DNA from: Balanoglossus misakiensis
Taxonomy: Eukaryota > Animalia > Hemichordata
DNA: 64,000 nt
Assembly: GCA_040954595.2 (NCBI GenBank)
Contig: CM082596.2
Location: forward strand, 10,622,461-10,686,460
Reading direction: 5' to 3'
Under the pieces are notes generated by a model that had not been told where the DNA came from, ran no database searches, and saw only the letters and a program-made list of their open reading frames with translations. This document shows positions 1 through 14,090 of the stretch, in pieces. The position numbers and the translations under genes are program-made. Positions within the stretch are counted from its first letter, which is position 1, and each line of letters begins with the position of its first letter.

Positions 1-1917
1 AATAATTTGTCTGGTCACAATATGTCTATGGACACATCATGTACATGGACATGAATGCAAGAATGGACACAGATCATTTATAAAGTCAATGTGAACAATT
101 TACTTAAAGTCAGTACATTGTAAACAGAATACCACAGTTGTAATATTTTGTCTGCTCACAATATTTCTATAGACACATCACGTACATGGACATGAATGCA
201 AGAATGGACACAGATCATTTATGAAGTCAATGTGAACAACTTTACTTGAAGTCAGTACATTGTAAACAGAATACCACAGTTGTAATAATTTGTCTGCTCA
301 CAATATGTCTACAGACACATCACATACATGGACATGAATGCAAGAATGGACACAGATCATTTATGAAGTCAATGTGAACAACTTTACTTGAAGTCAGTAC
401 ATTGTAAACAGAATACCAGAGTTGTAACAATTTGTCTGGTCACAATATGTCTATAGACACATCATGTACATGGACATGAATGCAAAAATGGACCCAGATC
501 ATTTATGAAGTCAATATGAACAAATTTATTTGATGTCAGTACATTGTAAACAGAATACCACAGTTGTAATAATTTGTCTGGTCACAATATGTCTATAGAC
601 ACATAATGTACATGGACATGAATGCAAGAATGGACACAGATCATTTATGAAGTCAATGTGAACAACATTACTTGAAGTCAGTACATTGTAAACAGAATAC
701 CAGAGTTGTAATAATTTGTCTGGTCACAATATGTCTATAGACACATCCTGTACATGGACATGAATGCAAGAATGGACCCAGATCATTTATGAAGTCAATA
801 TGAACACATTTATCTGATGTCAGTACATTGTAAAAAAATACCAGAGTTGTAATAATTTGTCTGGTCACAATATGTCTATAGACACATCACGTACATGGAC
901 ATGAATGCAAGAATGGACACAGATCATTTATGCAGTCAATGTGAACAACTTTACTTGAAGTCAGTACATTGTAAACAGAATACCACAGTTGTAATAATTT
1001 GTCTGGTCACAATATGTCTATAGACACATCACGTACATGGACATGAATGCAAGAATGGTCACAGATCATTTATGAAGTCAACGTGAACAACTTTACTTGA
1101 AGTCAGCACATTGTAAACAGAATACCACAGTTGTAATAATTTGTCTGCTCACCATATGTCTATAGACACATCACGTACATGGACATGAATGCAGGAATGG
1201 ACACAGATCATTTATGAAGTTAATGTGAACAACTTTACTTGAAGTCAGTACATTGTAAACAGAATGCCAGAGTTGTAATAATTTGTCTGATCACAATATG
1301 TCTATAGACACATCATGTACATGGACATGAATGCAAGAATGGACACAGATCATTTATGAAGTCAATGTGAACAACTTTACTTGAAGTCAGTACATTGTAA
1401 ACAGAAGACCAGAGTTGTAATAATTTTTTTGGTCACAATATGTCTATAGACACATCACGTACATGGACATGAATGCAAGAATTGACACAGATCTTTTATG
1501 AAGTTAATGTGAACAACTTTACTTGAAGTCAGTACATTGTAAACAGAGTACCAGAGTTGTAATAATTTTTTTGGTCACAATATGTCTATAGACACATCAC
1601 GTACATGGACATGAATGCAAGAATGGACACAAATCATTTATGAAGTCAATGTGAACAACTTTACTTGAAGTCAGTACATTGTAAACAGAATACCAGAGTT
1701 GTAATAATTTGTCTGATCGCAATATGTCTATAGACACATCACGGACATGGACATGAATGCAAGATTGGACACAGATCATTTATGAAGTCAATATGAACAA
1801 CTTTACTTGAATTCAGTACATTGTAAACAGAATACCAGAGTTGTATTAATTTGTCTTATCACAATATGTCTATAGACACATCACGTACATGGACATGAAT
1901 GCAAGAATGGTCACAGC
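1..1917. repeat. Tandem satellite/minisatellite array, ~142-bp unit, about 13 copies, truncated by the window start
   Basis: The unit (aataatttgtctggtcacaatatgtctatagacacatc...aataccagagttgt) recurs at 1, 142, 284 and onward to ~1917. ORFs at 668 and 1597 are translations of the repeat. Confidence 0.97.
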
Positions 1918-2769
1918 TTATTCGTAAAGACAATATCTTGTCAAACGAACCCCAAAACAAATTCTTAGCAAGTCCATAAGTAAGCTTCCTTTATTGCGAA
2001 ATATCTACTCAGAAATTTCATAAACACAATAGCTAACATTCTATATTCAGTTTTTTTCAGTTGATTGGTTAGGTCATTATATTTTGCAGATTTTTAAGAG
2101 CGATTTAAGATTTCTTTGAATTAATTACTTTTGTATGTTAACCAGAAAAATGGCTAATGTGGAAGACAGTTTTCTAAAGAAAATACTGAAAATGAGTGTA
2201 GAATAATGTCCGTAGAATGGTATTGCTTTCCAAGGCATTTTGTTAAGCAGTACACATAGAATATGTTTGCACAAGTACAGTATTCAATCTTCTCTTCATA
2301 AAATCTGTTCTGTTCGCATGGTAGCAACTCATCAACAATTGGGAAAAAGATTAAAGACCTTTTTAACAGGGAAAGTATTCTACTTTAATGTTTTCTACTT
2401 TCACTTCATAACAGGTGATGGGAAGTCCACCAAATGTTCACAATATCACTCTTACCAAAACTCTGAGAATTTTTATATGTAAGTATAATTGTCACAATTT
2501 AAACAAACTAAAAATGATCTTGAAAAAATGTGATCGGAAACTGAGGGATTTCAAAGAGAGATTTCTAAGTTTTTTTCCAACATGAAGAAACAACAGTCAG
2601 AAAAATTTTGCTTGTTCACTCAGCACTGAATGTCTGTGGCTGTTTATTGAAGTGTTATGTATGCAAAGTTGAGAGATTGGGGCATAGACGCCATTTTTTT
2701 ATCTTAGCCATGGGAAGGGTAAAGATTATTGACTAATTGTAGCGTGAAGGTGTAATGTTTTTATTCTAT

Positions 2770-2842
2770 ACATAGATTGGTACATAGATACATAGATACA
2801 TAGATACATACATACATACATACATACATACATACGTACACA
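2770..2842. repeat. (TAGA/TACA)n compound microsatellite
   Basis: catagatacatagatacatagatacatacatacatacatacatac run. Confidence 0.85.
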
Positions 2843-3235
2843 CAACATAAAAGGTGCTAATTAAACAAGCCATACCAATATCTTGTATTTTTTTACTTTT
2901 ATCAAAATGTATGATTGATGCTCTTTGGATGAAGATATTATTAAAACTTTAATGCTGAAATATTCATCTGTTGTAAACATTCCTACGCCTAGTAGTTCAT
3001 TGGACAGATTCATGAAAAATTTCAAAATACATTTTTGGCATCAAAAAATCATAACTCATATTTAAGATTTTGTATTACACGGCAAACTGCCCAGAGGGGC
3101 AAATGAAAAAAAAAATATTGAATTGAATTTTTTTATGATTTCTGGGATGAGTATACCTTCTACAATGCATTGAGAAAAAAAAGTACGTCTGGCAATAGAA
3201 AAAAATGCTGTAAACATACAGTGGGTGAAAATAAC

Positions 3236-6200
3236 CACTGGGCAAAATGATTGATATACGACAATATACGTAAAACTACTAAGTTTGTACATTTGACATA
3301 ATCGTTTCATATACGTGCATTTACGTAACAAATGCAAGCTGCTAGATATGTGTACAAATACGTGAAGTATACATCATGTACACGTTCTCTTACATATACG
3401 TTCCGCAGATCTACGTATTTGTAGTTATTTTCTACCGAATAGTGTGCCTACAGTATACATCCATGTATATGTACGTATATTCATGCTAATTATTAGGATT
3501 ATTTGGACCACCCGTTTTTAAAAGCAAACGCTTTCAAAAGTTTGATGAAAGATCTGGGTCGCACTTCTGCGGCCACTTTATGTCGCAAAACGCTGGTTGT
3601 TTTACGACGTTTTACGACGTCCACCTCCGGTACATAGAAACACCAGCACCGCTGGCAGTCACTGTACGCCGTCAACCGTGTGCATAAGTCTGTTTCAACA
3701 CCAGACAAAGCGAAAGAAGAGTTGTCACAGAAACTTGATAGTCTGGACGCAGAACAGAAGTCTTTGAGGGAAAATCGACATGCGGCGGTGATAATCTATG
3801 CACCGACAAAGGAAGACCGGATCGTATGATTTTTGTAAGTTTAAACATACATCGTGTTTTGGTCTTGTCCATATCCACCCCACCCATGTGTCTGCGTTTT
3901 GACACTATTTCTACTCGTTGTTAGTCCGAGTCCTTTTTATTTCTGCCGTTTGCATTAGTGCATCAAGCATGTCTATATAGAACTAGAAACAGGTTTTGAT
4001 TGACAATTTGACATTTCCACCAAGCATTTGTATTGTTATCTCAAATGTCCCTTGTTTTACTTTGCAGCGGCAGGTAAAGCACTCAGCTTTATGTAACCAT
4101 AGAAGATTCATCTGATACAAGTAACAACCAACGAGTAAGTATGAAGTCAATCTCTTTTATTCTTAGACTTTTCATTCAATTTGGTGTAGTATGATTTATA
4201 ACATTGAGCATAACCCGTAGAGAAAAAAGACGCGGAACATCGGCCAAGATCAAAGGCCTTGATGATTAGCTAGAACAAAAGATAAACAAACTGGGTTGAT
4301 TTCCATGTGTGTGCTACAGCTTGGTGTTTCATGGTTGACGACAAGTACAAAAGATGCATATAAGCGCGGGATTGCTGGATTGCCAGAATAGCTGACGTTC
4401 AGATATTTTAGCAGCTACTGAGCTTGGATACTTGGTAGCTCTAACCATGCTCTTACGCGTGATAGTGAGCAACTATTCAGTCATAACTATTTGACCTTGG
4501 TTGCGATAACATCACATTGAATCTGTATGCTTTTTTGTACCTTGTCAACATGACAGATAACAAAGTAAACAATTGGAAGGTGGGAAGACATTTCCCATGG
4601 CCCGATTTGTTGAATGCAAATGAGACATTTTCACCAATAAACTAAAAACAATGGGGGACGTTTATTATAAACTTAAACAGTGCACTGTCATGTTGGCGAC
4701 AAAGGTAAAAACAGAACGGACTGACTTGTCGCTGTGTTCCAGGTGAAGGTGTTTACAGCCCACTCTATATAAACTGCCAGTGGTTCAGACTTCCCAAAAG
4801 TTGTAGCTCATAGGCACTGCAGTCAAAGATAAGTGCTTAAGATGACCACACTAAATGCTCTTTTTCTTTTCTTTTTGACAGCTTCTACAGAGTCATGGCA
4901 AGATGGTGGATTTTGAAGACAAATCTTAATAGGATAACATGGTGCAAGCAGGCGATCTGATGATGTCAGATGAAGCAATTTTTTCATGGCATTTTGGAGT
5001 TACTGAATGAAGCTAGACTTTGAGGATTATTTTTCAGATTTTAGGTTTGCATTTAAAAACAAAACACTTTGTTCTTTGTCCATGTAATGTCTTTAATCAT
5101 TTTATATGTTTTAAATAAAATTACCTTTTAAGTGAATTTTATTATGTGAGCAGTTTTTTGTTGATGCATGATGGGAGGAAGTGTATCGGCTTGAAATATG
5201 CTTTTACCGATTTGTTGCTATTGATCTGCTTTGAAATGCAGTTGCGTCTCAATGCAGATTAAAGGCACGTAAGCTGCAACTTTTGGGATAATTTTCATAA
5301 TTTTTGTTTCATACTGCACTACCATTAGTCCATGCAGATGAAGGCAGTGAACTATACACAAGCATTATAAACCCTAAATATGAGTGCATATGCAAGTTTT
5401 AACCAGATAAATAATAAAGCTTTGCCGCAAGCGATTATGGCCGCCACCGTGGGAAAGTGCAAGAAACAACGAAAATGTTGCATTTCTGGTTATGAAACTT
5501 CATAAACAAAACATGATCTAATCCACTTGAGCTCATGGAAGTATATGTAGACCGCTGAGACATTATAATTTCTTTTTTCATTGTAATATTGCACTTTTTT
5601 AAAAATTGCAGGAATTTTCGTTTTTCTTTAATTTTTGGCCATTTTGTCATAAATAAGTGTTGGTCTTGATATATTATCATGAAATATCATTCAATATACA
5701 TAATTAAAAGCATATATGAGATTATTTAAAACTTTAATTTTTTATCCAGTTGCAGCTTATGTGCCTTTAATAGTAACAAATTTACAGCAAAGGTGAATAA
5801 GAAGGAAAGGTCAAATCCTGACCATGAAGGATGACCCCAGAATTGTGACCTTTGGGGTAATTTAAATATGACCCCAAAATTATTTTGCAAATATTTGCCA
5901 ACAATGATGACATAATGTATGGTAATTTCTGGAAGGGTCTGCATTAAATATACGTATAAATACCAGGAACGTGAACTCAACTATGCAAATGTAAATGTCT
6001 GTGATGATGATGTAACGTATGCTAATAACACAGTCATGCAAATAGCAAGGCAGATATGCACTGAGAATGTGTACAAATACGTTGGAATGTTTATAGTGTG
6101 CACTTGATCTGCATTGGTCTGCGTTGTGCACACCCGTGATCTTCATAGATATACGTGCACGTATACTAACACATTGGTATGTTCCATATACGTGAATATA

Positions 6201-6328
6201 CGTCACATATACGTGGTGCAGATTGTAGATGTACAACTGTGCAAACTATTGTATACTTGCGCATATTCCTGATCTACGTGTCCATATACGTGAAAATACT
6301 GAATGTATATCAACCTTTTTGCCCAGTG
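3236..6328. mobile_element. Non-autonomous CACTA/EnSpm (CMC)-like TIR element
   Basis: Left TIR cactgggcaaaatgattgatatac; the right end read on - is cactgggcaaaaaggttgatatac. 3-bp TSD AAC at 3233-3235 and 6329-6331. Many subterminal atacgt/tacgtg words at both ends. No transposase ORF. Confidence 0.8.
5263..5766. mobile_element. Non-autonomous TTAA-target element, family A (Kolobok-like), nested in the CACTA element
   Basis: TTAA|aggcacgtaagctgcaact ... agttgcagcttatgtgcct|TTAA. Purine-purine termini plus a TTAA TSD fit Kolobok rather than piggyBac. A second copy lies at 23819-25114. Confidence 0.8.
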
Positions 6329-9196
6329 AACTGGGTCACATACCAAAATCTTTAACCCCCCTGAAATCGAATGGTTTTTCACACTTCAATTTTTTCTTAA
6401 AGTAATTGAAGTTTATAATAGTATATCGCTGCAAAAAAGAATGAATACTGAAAAAAAATGACAAGTCAATACAATAATTGGTAGGATTGGTAAAACAAGA
6501 AAAGTGGCGGGGGTGGGTGTGGCAGGGGTTGTCCCCCTCCCAGATAAGGAAATTTTGTATAATAACGGGCTGAAAGTTGCATTTTAATGAACTCAAAAAC
6601 AAATTAACTCAATATTGGGGAGGACCAATTTTACATTTGCCACTCAACTCAAAGTACGCATCGGTGTGGTGGGGTGGCAAGTAGTCTGCCCTTGTACACT
6701 AGATAAACCAGGCAATAAATGAAATGTGGCGAAGAATGGATGGGGTGGGTTGTCCCTTTCCACATTATAAAATTTAGTAAAATAAAGGGCGCAAAACTGC
6801 AATTTGGTGGACTCAAAGCAAAAGTTTTGTGGCAAAAGTATGTGACCCCCCTAAACGTTTTTAAAACTTTCTGACTTCAAAATTTAAGTGACCCCCCCCC
6901 CCTGGATTTTGCCGCCCCCCTCCCGCCTTAAAAACTGAATGGTCCCTTAGCTGTAAACGCGCCTTCATTAATAAATTTGAAGAATAAGAGATCCTCTCCG
7001 TAGATAGGCCTTATTGGGGGTCAAAACTACCGAAAGAAGACCCTGCCATAACTCCCCTTTTAAACCAACTAATTCACGCCGGGTTAGGTTTATTTCTTTC
7101 ATATTTGAATGAGAATTAAAATGCCGCAGGAAATTCTGCTGGCGTCCTTAGGATACGAGATTGGGAACTTTCAAAAGTTCCGCAGAATATACCCCAAGAG
7201 GGCGTTGTTGCTGACCTTCGACCCGTTGCCTTTGACCCGTTCAATGTCTTCGCTGTAAACACATATGTGACATGCAGGCTAGCGAATCTGCCAGTTTTTT
7301 CTGTCGTCAACTGCAATGTCGCCTTTTCTATGGACGTTACTTGGCCAGTGTTTGTTACGCACCAAGGACGGTGTCATATTTCTCTGAAAGAATAGCGGAA
7401 AAGTCCGAAAACATGCGAAGCCAAGGAGCGAGCAACCAGCTGTTTTCTGCAAGTCATGCCCCCACACTGTCCACCATCATTATTCCTATATACAGATTTG
7501 GCGGAGTGAGTATTGAAACATTATAGTATTTAGTGTGTTTTAAGATATCACAGATAGTTTTCACGACTTATTGTGCGGGTATAATCACATTCGTCGAAAT
7601 AACACTGCTGTAGTCCCCTGATTCAGTCCGTAAACAAGGTAAGCTTGAGACATAGACGATCGACAATCAGTTTCCTCTGTTGATTTCGCCCTATCGCAAC
7701 TCAGTAACTTGGGCCGAGTGATGCTCCATACATTAAAGTTCATGACTATTGACACCAATTGCAAAATATCAATGTTAAGGCGTGCTTTCAGAGAATATTC
7801 AACCAGTAAACCGACAACAATTGATGACCTCATGTGACCTTTACTGGTTGAATCAGGCGACCACTGCAGTGTGATTCCAACGTTTGTGGGAAGACCACAG
7901 GGAGCTCTTCCTCCTTCTTTGCAGTGTGTGTGTGTGTTTGTTTAATATAAAAATGTGTGACAAAAATATGTATGTTTACAAATATGGTCATGATTGTTTG
8001 TTTGTTAAGGGGAGTAACCCTTTCTGTTGAATATACCCACAAAGGTGAACGAATTTGTAAACAAACATATTTTTCACAGAGTTGTTTTATTATATCCGCA
8101 TTGCATCCAGCATGATCGCAGAAACAACAATCCAAAATTGGAGTTGATGGCTTTATTTGGGACTATCACTATTTGGTTATAGTCCATGGGCCAGAGACCG
8201 ACCCCCCCCCCCCCTGGCACCCAAGGAGTATTTTTTGCAGACATATATTTGGGAAAGCCTGTTTATCCAGCTGTCAGAATGAGGTTGTTTGCACTCAAAT
8301 TAATGATTGGTGTGGCTGTGAGGAGCGGTTGTCATAGTAATGATAGCATAATTTTAGGGGTATTCATACAGTTAAAAAATAAAATATTTCAGGATCTGAG
8401 AAAGCTAGAGATAAAATTCAAACATTCAGTATGGGGGCCCGTTCTGGTCAAAATTGTAGTTTATTAATAAAACGTGTTAGAATTAATTTTATAGAGCCTG
8501 GAATTAATTTTACCAGTATATAGAATTATTTTTTATGTGATTTAATTATTTTTTGTAGTCATGCATAATTAATTTTATGTGTTCTAAATAATTATTTTAG
8601 CTTATCTTTGTTAGAAATAATTTTGCCAACATCTCAAATTATGTTTACGTGTAGACTCGAATTAATTACAGGTGTAGTGTCGAATTAATATCACGTGTTT
8701 AGTCGATTTAATTTCACGTGTTGTGTCGAATTAATTTTACGTTGTGTCGAATTAATATTGCCCTTACAATCCTGTGCGCGTAAATCAAGATGGCGGCAGC
8801 TGAGCATGTCTTTCTCGCTGCATAAAGATCAACAAGGGGCTGTTGTACAAGTTGTGAGACGTTTTTGGGCGATTTGCTGTCCAATATAAATGCAGTGTGC
8901 TTGAAAACGGCGATCGGTGCACGAGTTATGGTCTACAGACAGAATTTTCCAGTCAATAAGCAATTGGGATAATCGCCAGCATTGCCTATGGCAATGCTAT
9001 TCAGCTGTGGTGTGGAGGCATCGCCGGTATTGGTAAAGGCCGAGTTACACCATAAGGAGCTGCTAACATTAAGCACAAAAGTCCCCCTTTCTTGAGGAAC
9101 TTTGCATTAACGCTGTTCCGATATACTTTTTTCTACAATGAACACTACTTGCTGAACAATCTCTGTACTTGACTATGTTTCTGTGTTACCCCACAC

Positions 9197-10045
9197 CATA
9201 GACGTAAAAAGAGATACATAGGCAGTAGGGCTGCATTCACAAACAGTTCTGGAGGGGGGGAAGAATTGAGGGGGGGATTTGAAAAAAAATTGAGGGTATG
9301 TAAGGGGGGAATTTGAAATAATTTAGGGACTGAAAGGGGCGACGTGAAAACTTTGACGACTAAATATTTATTTTGAGTCCACAAAAATACAGTTTCGGGC
9401 CCTTTATTTTACAACATTTTCTAATACCCACCCCCTCCATTCATCAACACCTTTCAATCATTGACTGGTTTATCTAGTGTCCCAGGTCAGGGGACTTGCC
9501 CACCCCATGATAGCTTTGAGCGGCGACGGTTTAATTTGACCTCCCCAACATACCGGTGGTTGAGTTAATTTGCTTTTGCTAGGTTCATTAAAATGCAGCT
9601 TTGAGCTCTGTATTTTTATAAAATTTTCTTACGTGGGAACCCCTCCCAAACCCACCCCCTTCAATTCTCGGTTTTCAATGTCTCCCAACACAGAATACAA
9701 ATACTTAAAAAATAAAAACAATGTTCAGTTTTAATACCCACTGATGAGGGAAAACATCAGTTTCAAATTCTTTTCATGGGAGCGCTCTTTTCCTTTTTTA
9801 CAAGATAGATAGGTGATGTGTTTTGCTCTGTGAAAGAAAATGGGGGGGGGATTTCAAATTGTTGGCAGTTCATAAGGAGGGATTTGAAAATATTTCGGGT
9901 TGTGTACGGGGGGGGGGGGGGGGCATGTGAAAATTACCGGTAAAAAAATTGAATTCTCTCGCCCCCCCCCCCCCTCCAGAGGTGTTTGTGAATGCAGCCT
10001 ATAGAGGAGGTGGAGACTTCGGGGTCTACCCCTCTACTGTCTATG
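9197..10045. mobile_element. Small CATAGAC-ended element with 8-bp TSD (hAT/P-like)
   Basis: ccccacac|catagacg ... ctgtctatg|ccccacac, with TSDs at 9189-9196 and 10046-10053. Confidence 0.7.
9229..9999. mobile_element. Harbinger-like MITE nested in the 8-bp-TSD element
   Basis: TIR ggctgcattcacaaaca..tctggagggggg versus ccccctccaga..tgtttgtgaatgcagcc. The TSD is ambiguous (tag/tat). Confidence 0.65.
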
Positions 10046-11203
10046 CCCCACACCCTATCTTATCAGTTCTAAATCTAGAATGCAAGCTATCCAATTTCCA
10101 ATTAAATATGGTTATGTAGAGAGAGACTTTGTCCTTTAAATTCAAATTTATTTACACAAAACTTGAGTTTACAAGGAAATATTAAGGAATACTTTATTCA
10201 TCGTTTCCCAGGGTCTGGCCCTACAGCTATTTCTTAGTTCGGGAAATAACAAATTAACACAATTTTCGTATGTTCAGATGTCAAAATTTATTTAATCAAC
10301 TGGCAACGCGGGGCAACAGCTAGCTCTGCGTACATGTCTGTGTGTTCCCGCCATGTCACGGCCTCCACACCGAGAACACTGTACGCAGAGCTGGGCTATA
10401 GACCATAGCAAGGCTGGCGATTACACCAACTGGTAGTGGTTTTGAGTGGTTTGACTACAAAATTCTGTCTGTATACCAAAAATCGTGCACCGATCGCCAT
10501 TATCGAGCTCACTGCATTTATATTGGACAGCAAACCGCCCCAAAACGTCTCACAACTTGTACAACGGCCCCTTTTTGAACTTTATGCGGCGAGAAAGACA
10601 TGCTCAGCCGCCGACATCTTGATTTACGTGGAAAGGATTGTAAGGGCAATATTATTTGACAACGTAACATTAATTCGACACAACACGTGAAATTAATTCG
10701 AGTCTACACATAAAAATAATTTGAGATGTTGGCAGAATTATTTCTAACAAAGATAAGCTAAAATAATTATTTAGAACACATAAAATTAATTCTGCTTGAC
10801 TACAAAAAAAATTAAAGCACATAAAAAAATAATTCTATATACTGGTAAAATTAATTCCAGGCTCTATAAAATTAATTCTAACATGTTTTATTAATAAACT
10901 ACAATTTTGACCAGAACAGGCCCCCATAGATAACCGTAGTACAGGTAACTTTGGGTGTTTTTCTCAATGTTTATAATGTGTTTGGATTGCCTGTTCTACT
11001 TGTGTCTGAACATATTTCAAGCTTCATTAGCTGTACAACTTTTCACTTTGTTTTCAGTATTTTTATTTTAAGTATTTACTGCAGTGTCTTCTTCTAGTGG
11101 GGCAGTTAACCAAAAAATCATGCATTTTGGGTTAAAAGCATGAAACTTGGTACACTAATGCATTGACCCATGGCGGCCATTTTTTGATATGGATCCAAAA
11201 TGA

Positions 11204-11221
11204 CAGCGCCCTCTTGTGGCC
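11204..11221 (-). promoter_or_regulatory. CTCF-like motif
   Basis: The - strand reads ggccacaagagggcgctg, close to the CTCF core CCAC-AGRKGGCR. Sequence match only, inside repeat-derived DNA. Confidence 0.3.
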
Positions 11222-11429
11222 AGAAACTGACATTCACACTTTTCCCCCATGTCAATTGTAACTCTCAGAAACAGGAATATGGGTTGTAAAACATACTTGC
11301 TACCATACACTCCTCTGTATATTATCCTAATCCTAGATAGACCCACTCCAAGTGTTACAGTAGAATTGCAATCATTACCTAAAACTTACATATTTTCTGT
11401 GTGAAATTTATGAATTGCCTGGTTTGTAT

Positions 11430-12315
11430 CAATAGCTTATGGCATTATTGTACATGTCACAACTTAAAAAAAATGTAGGTAGTATCCCATCATGTTCTCA
11501 ACAGTCTCTGAAAATTATAAGCTTTAAACAACATGTTTTCATACTTTCCAAAAATTTTTCCTATGACACCTTGTTTTATACTGTGTTATACCTATGGGGT
11601 ACAACAATTTTGTTAATAAAATTATTTTATTACTTCTTGTCTGTATTTATTTAATATTAAGGTACCCCAGAATAGGGAATTCAAATGTCTATTATTCCTG
11701 ACAAAATCAGCTCTTAAGCTCCTTTATTGTACATTTTAGGATAGGGTCTCTAATGTTTTCATTTTTCCTATTCTTTAACATGCAATTAAAGCGAAATCAT
11801 TACTTTTACATCCCTTTTTTGTGGCCCCAACTATAAATTTATTCTTAATGATTTTACATCGGGTTTTCAATATGTTTTAGAGCTGTTATTGGAGATTACA
11901 CTTTAAGAATAGTCCCAACCAAAGTGTGTCAGTAGTTGTGTATGTCTTACCTGAAAATCCAACATTTTTCCTCCATACATTACTATGTATAAACACTAAA
12001 TTTTCAAGACCCACATAACAAAAATCAAGTAGAAAAGGAGCTTGTGTTCTGTTTTTTCAGGGTTAATACAGAAAAATTATCTCTATTCTGGGGTATCTTC
12101 ATATAAAATATATTCAGAGAGGAAGTCATCAAAAAAATTACAGGAAAAAAAGCCTTAGGTTAAACCCAGGAAAAAACATGTGTCATAGGTTAAAAGTTGT
12201 AAAGGTATGAAAACATAGGCTTTCAGGCATAACATTTTCAGAAATTGTTAAAAACATGACACAAGACTAGATAAAAAAATTGAAGTTGTTTCCCGCTCAT
12301 TAATGCCATAAACTA
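11430..12315. repeat. Diverged inverted-repeat pair (old foldback/TIR element)
   Basis: Nested inverted matches: gcttatggcatta (~11435) / taatgccataaac (12301); ctatgacac (11561) / gtgtcatag (~12180); accccagaatag (~11664) / ctattctggggt (~12083). Confidence 0.55.
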
Positions 12316-12811
12316 CAGGGTCAAAATAGGTCAATTTATACATCTCCTATCTAGATCTAGCTCTATGGTCAAATTATGTAATTTATGATAAACACACATC
12401 ATGTATTAGTGTAACATACAATAATTCACAATGACAACTTACCTTATTGCTGTTCTGCCTTTCCCCTTCTTTCTTGGTTTTCAACTTCTCTCAGGTTTTC
12501 ATTGTGTGTTTATTTCTCTTCGTAGCTGATATTTTGTGTGATTCAACTACTGTACCAAAGGCGCATGCGTAAAATATTCAGCAAGCATTCCTTGGATACA
12601 GTAATTAGACACACATGGGTTTTATTCTTTGTGTCCTCTTTTTCTTTTCAGCTGGAAAATAATAATGAACATGTTTGTGTACGCCTATGTAATGCCAGTA
12701 TGTATATGTGTTTGTTTAACTTGTTCAAACATGTTTAACTTGTTTGTGAATGTATATATGTTGTGTCTGCAATTTCTTTTTTCTTTGTCTTGAGCTTCTA
12801 TCTTCTATCTT

Positions 12812-14090
12812 CTATCTTCTATAAAAACATCTTACTCGATCATTAATCTGTTTCAGTTTCTTCTTTAACTGCTCATCTTCATCTAGCATTTTGCGGACAT
12901 CAGCAGCTGTTATCTTGTGTGCAGCAATTTGCTTCTTGAATTTGTAATAGATCATCAAAACCTGTTCTGGTGTAAATGCTCTTCTTCCACTAAAGACGTA
13001 TGATGTACAAGTTGATTCCGGTTCGTCTTCTCCCTCTTCCATTTCACTGGTACAGCTGGGCGACCTTGGAGGACTTTTGCCTTCAATGGTTTTGGCTTTA
13101 GAAGAATTGGCTGTTAAACCCTGTCTTAATCCTCTTGTCTCCTCCAGTACATTTGATATTTCTTCTACGGCGTTGGAAATTCTGTAAAAGGCAGCTTGGA
13201 TTGCCTCTTGGTGCGTCATATGGCTTGCAAGGTCTTTTGACATCTCGGGTTTGTTTATTAAAACCATGGTCACCATACTTTTCCTGCAAATTGTTGTTGT
13301 AAGTCGTTTTTTTGAAACCCCACTTCTTCGCCATGATGTATTCAAAAATCTGGCGAAAGAAGAGTTTGTATGTCCTGTTCCTTCGTAGAGCGAAAAAAGT
13401 GGCCTTGTTGGAGAGTCTCCGCCTTGTGTTCGAGGGAAAACATCCCTCACCATTAAGGTTGCCAAACGAAATAACTGCTTTGTAAAGCCTAGTCTTGCTG
13501 CTCCATGTGAACTCGATGTTTTATGCTGAGGGACAAGAACCACATGTCCTTTTTTGGTTTCAACAGCTCTTTTAAAATCTTCCACAGTTACATTAATCAA
13601 AGCTCCAGACCTTTGTGCGGAGTCACACGAAAGGCACACAAGAATGTATCCATTAATAATTTTAAACTGGTCTTCAGAAATGGACTCAGCTTTTTTCGCA
13701 GAAGCAACTTACTTATAAGTATTTCTCCCCATCTTCGAATTCTCATACGCCTTAAACTCCTCTGGAGTAATCAACTCATACAACACTCTTGTCTGGAATT
13801 GCGCGGTTCTCTGGTGCACTTCGCGTCTATAGCTCTTTGCCCATTTTAGAACAAGTGTGTTCATTTGAGCAGATGTTTTATTCCAGGAGCGGTGGCGTAC
13901 GTACATTGACAGAAATGGTAAAACATACCAAAAGAAAATAAGTAACTCCGAACGTTCCCCAAATCATGACTCATCACCAAGGTCCTTGGAAGGAAGCACA
14001 TTTTAAAACAGGCACCTGGTCTGGTCTTTTGCTTTGTCAACTTTGGACAAGCTTTAGCCTTGCATGCCCTGTAAGTCACAATAAACATTA
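12812..14090 (-). pseudogene. Tyrosine recombinase (phage-integrase fold) gene of a eukaryotic mobile element, frameshifted
   Basis: ORF 12812-13639 has the YR catalytic order R (QRSG), K (HKT), R (TICRKS), H (HMTH), Y (AAFYR). Upstream frames 13709-13906 and 13861-14088 (VRSYLFSFGMFYHF; KWAKSYRRE) look like its N-terminal part in shifted frames. No introns seen. Confidence 0.75.

Larger units (their letters stand above)
8432..10926. mobile_element. Foldback element with long (~550-600 bp) inverted arms, TA-flanked
   Basis: ta|tgggggcccgttctggtcaaaattgtag... matches the reverse complement ending ...ttttgaccagaacaggccccca|ta. The arms align from 8432-~9020 to ~10360-10926. Confidence 0.85.
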
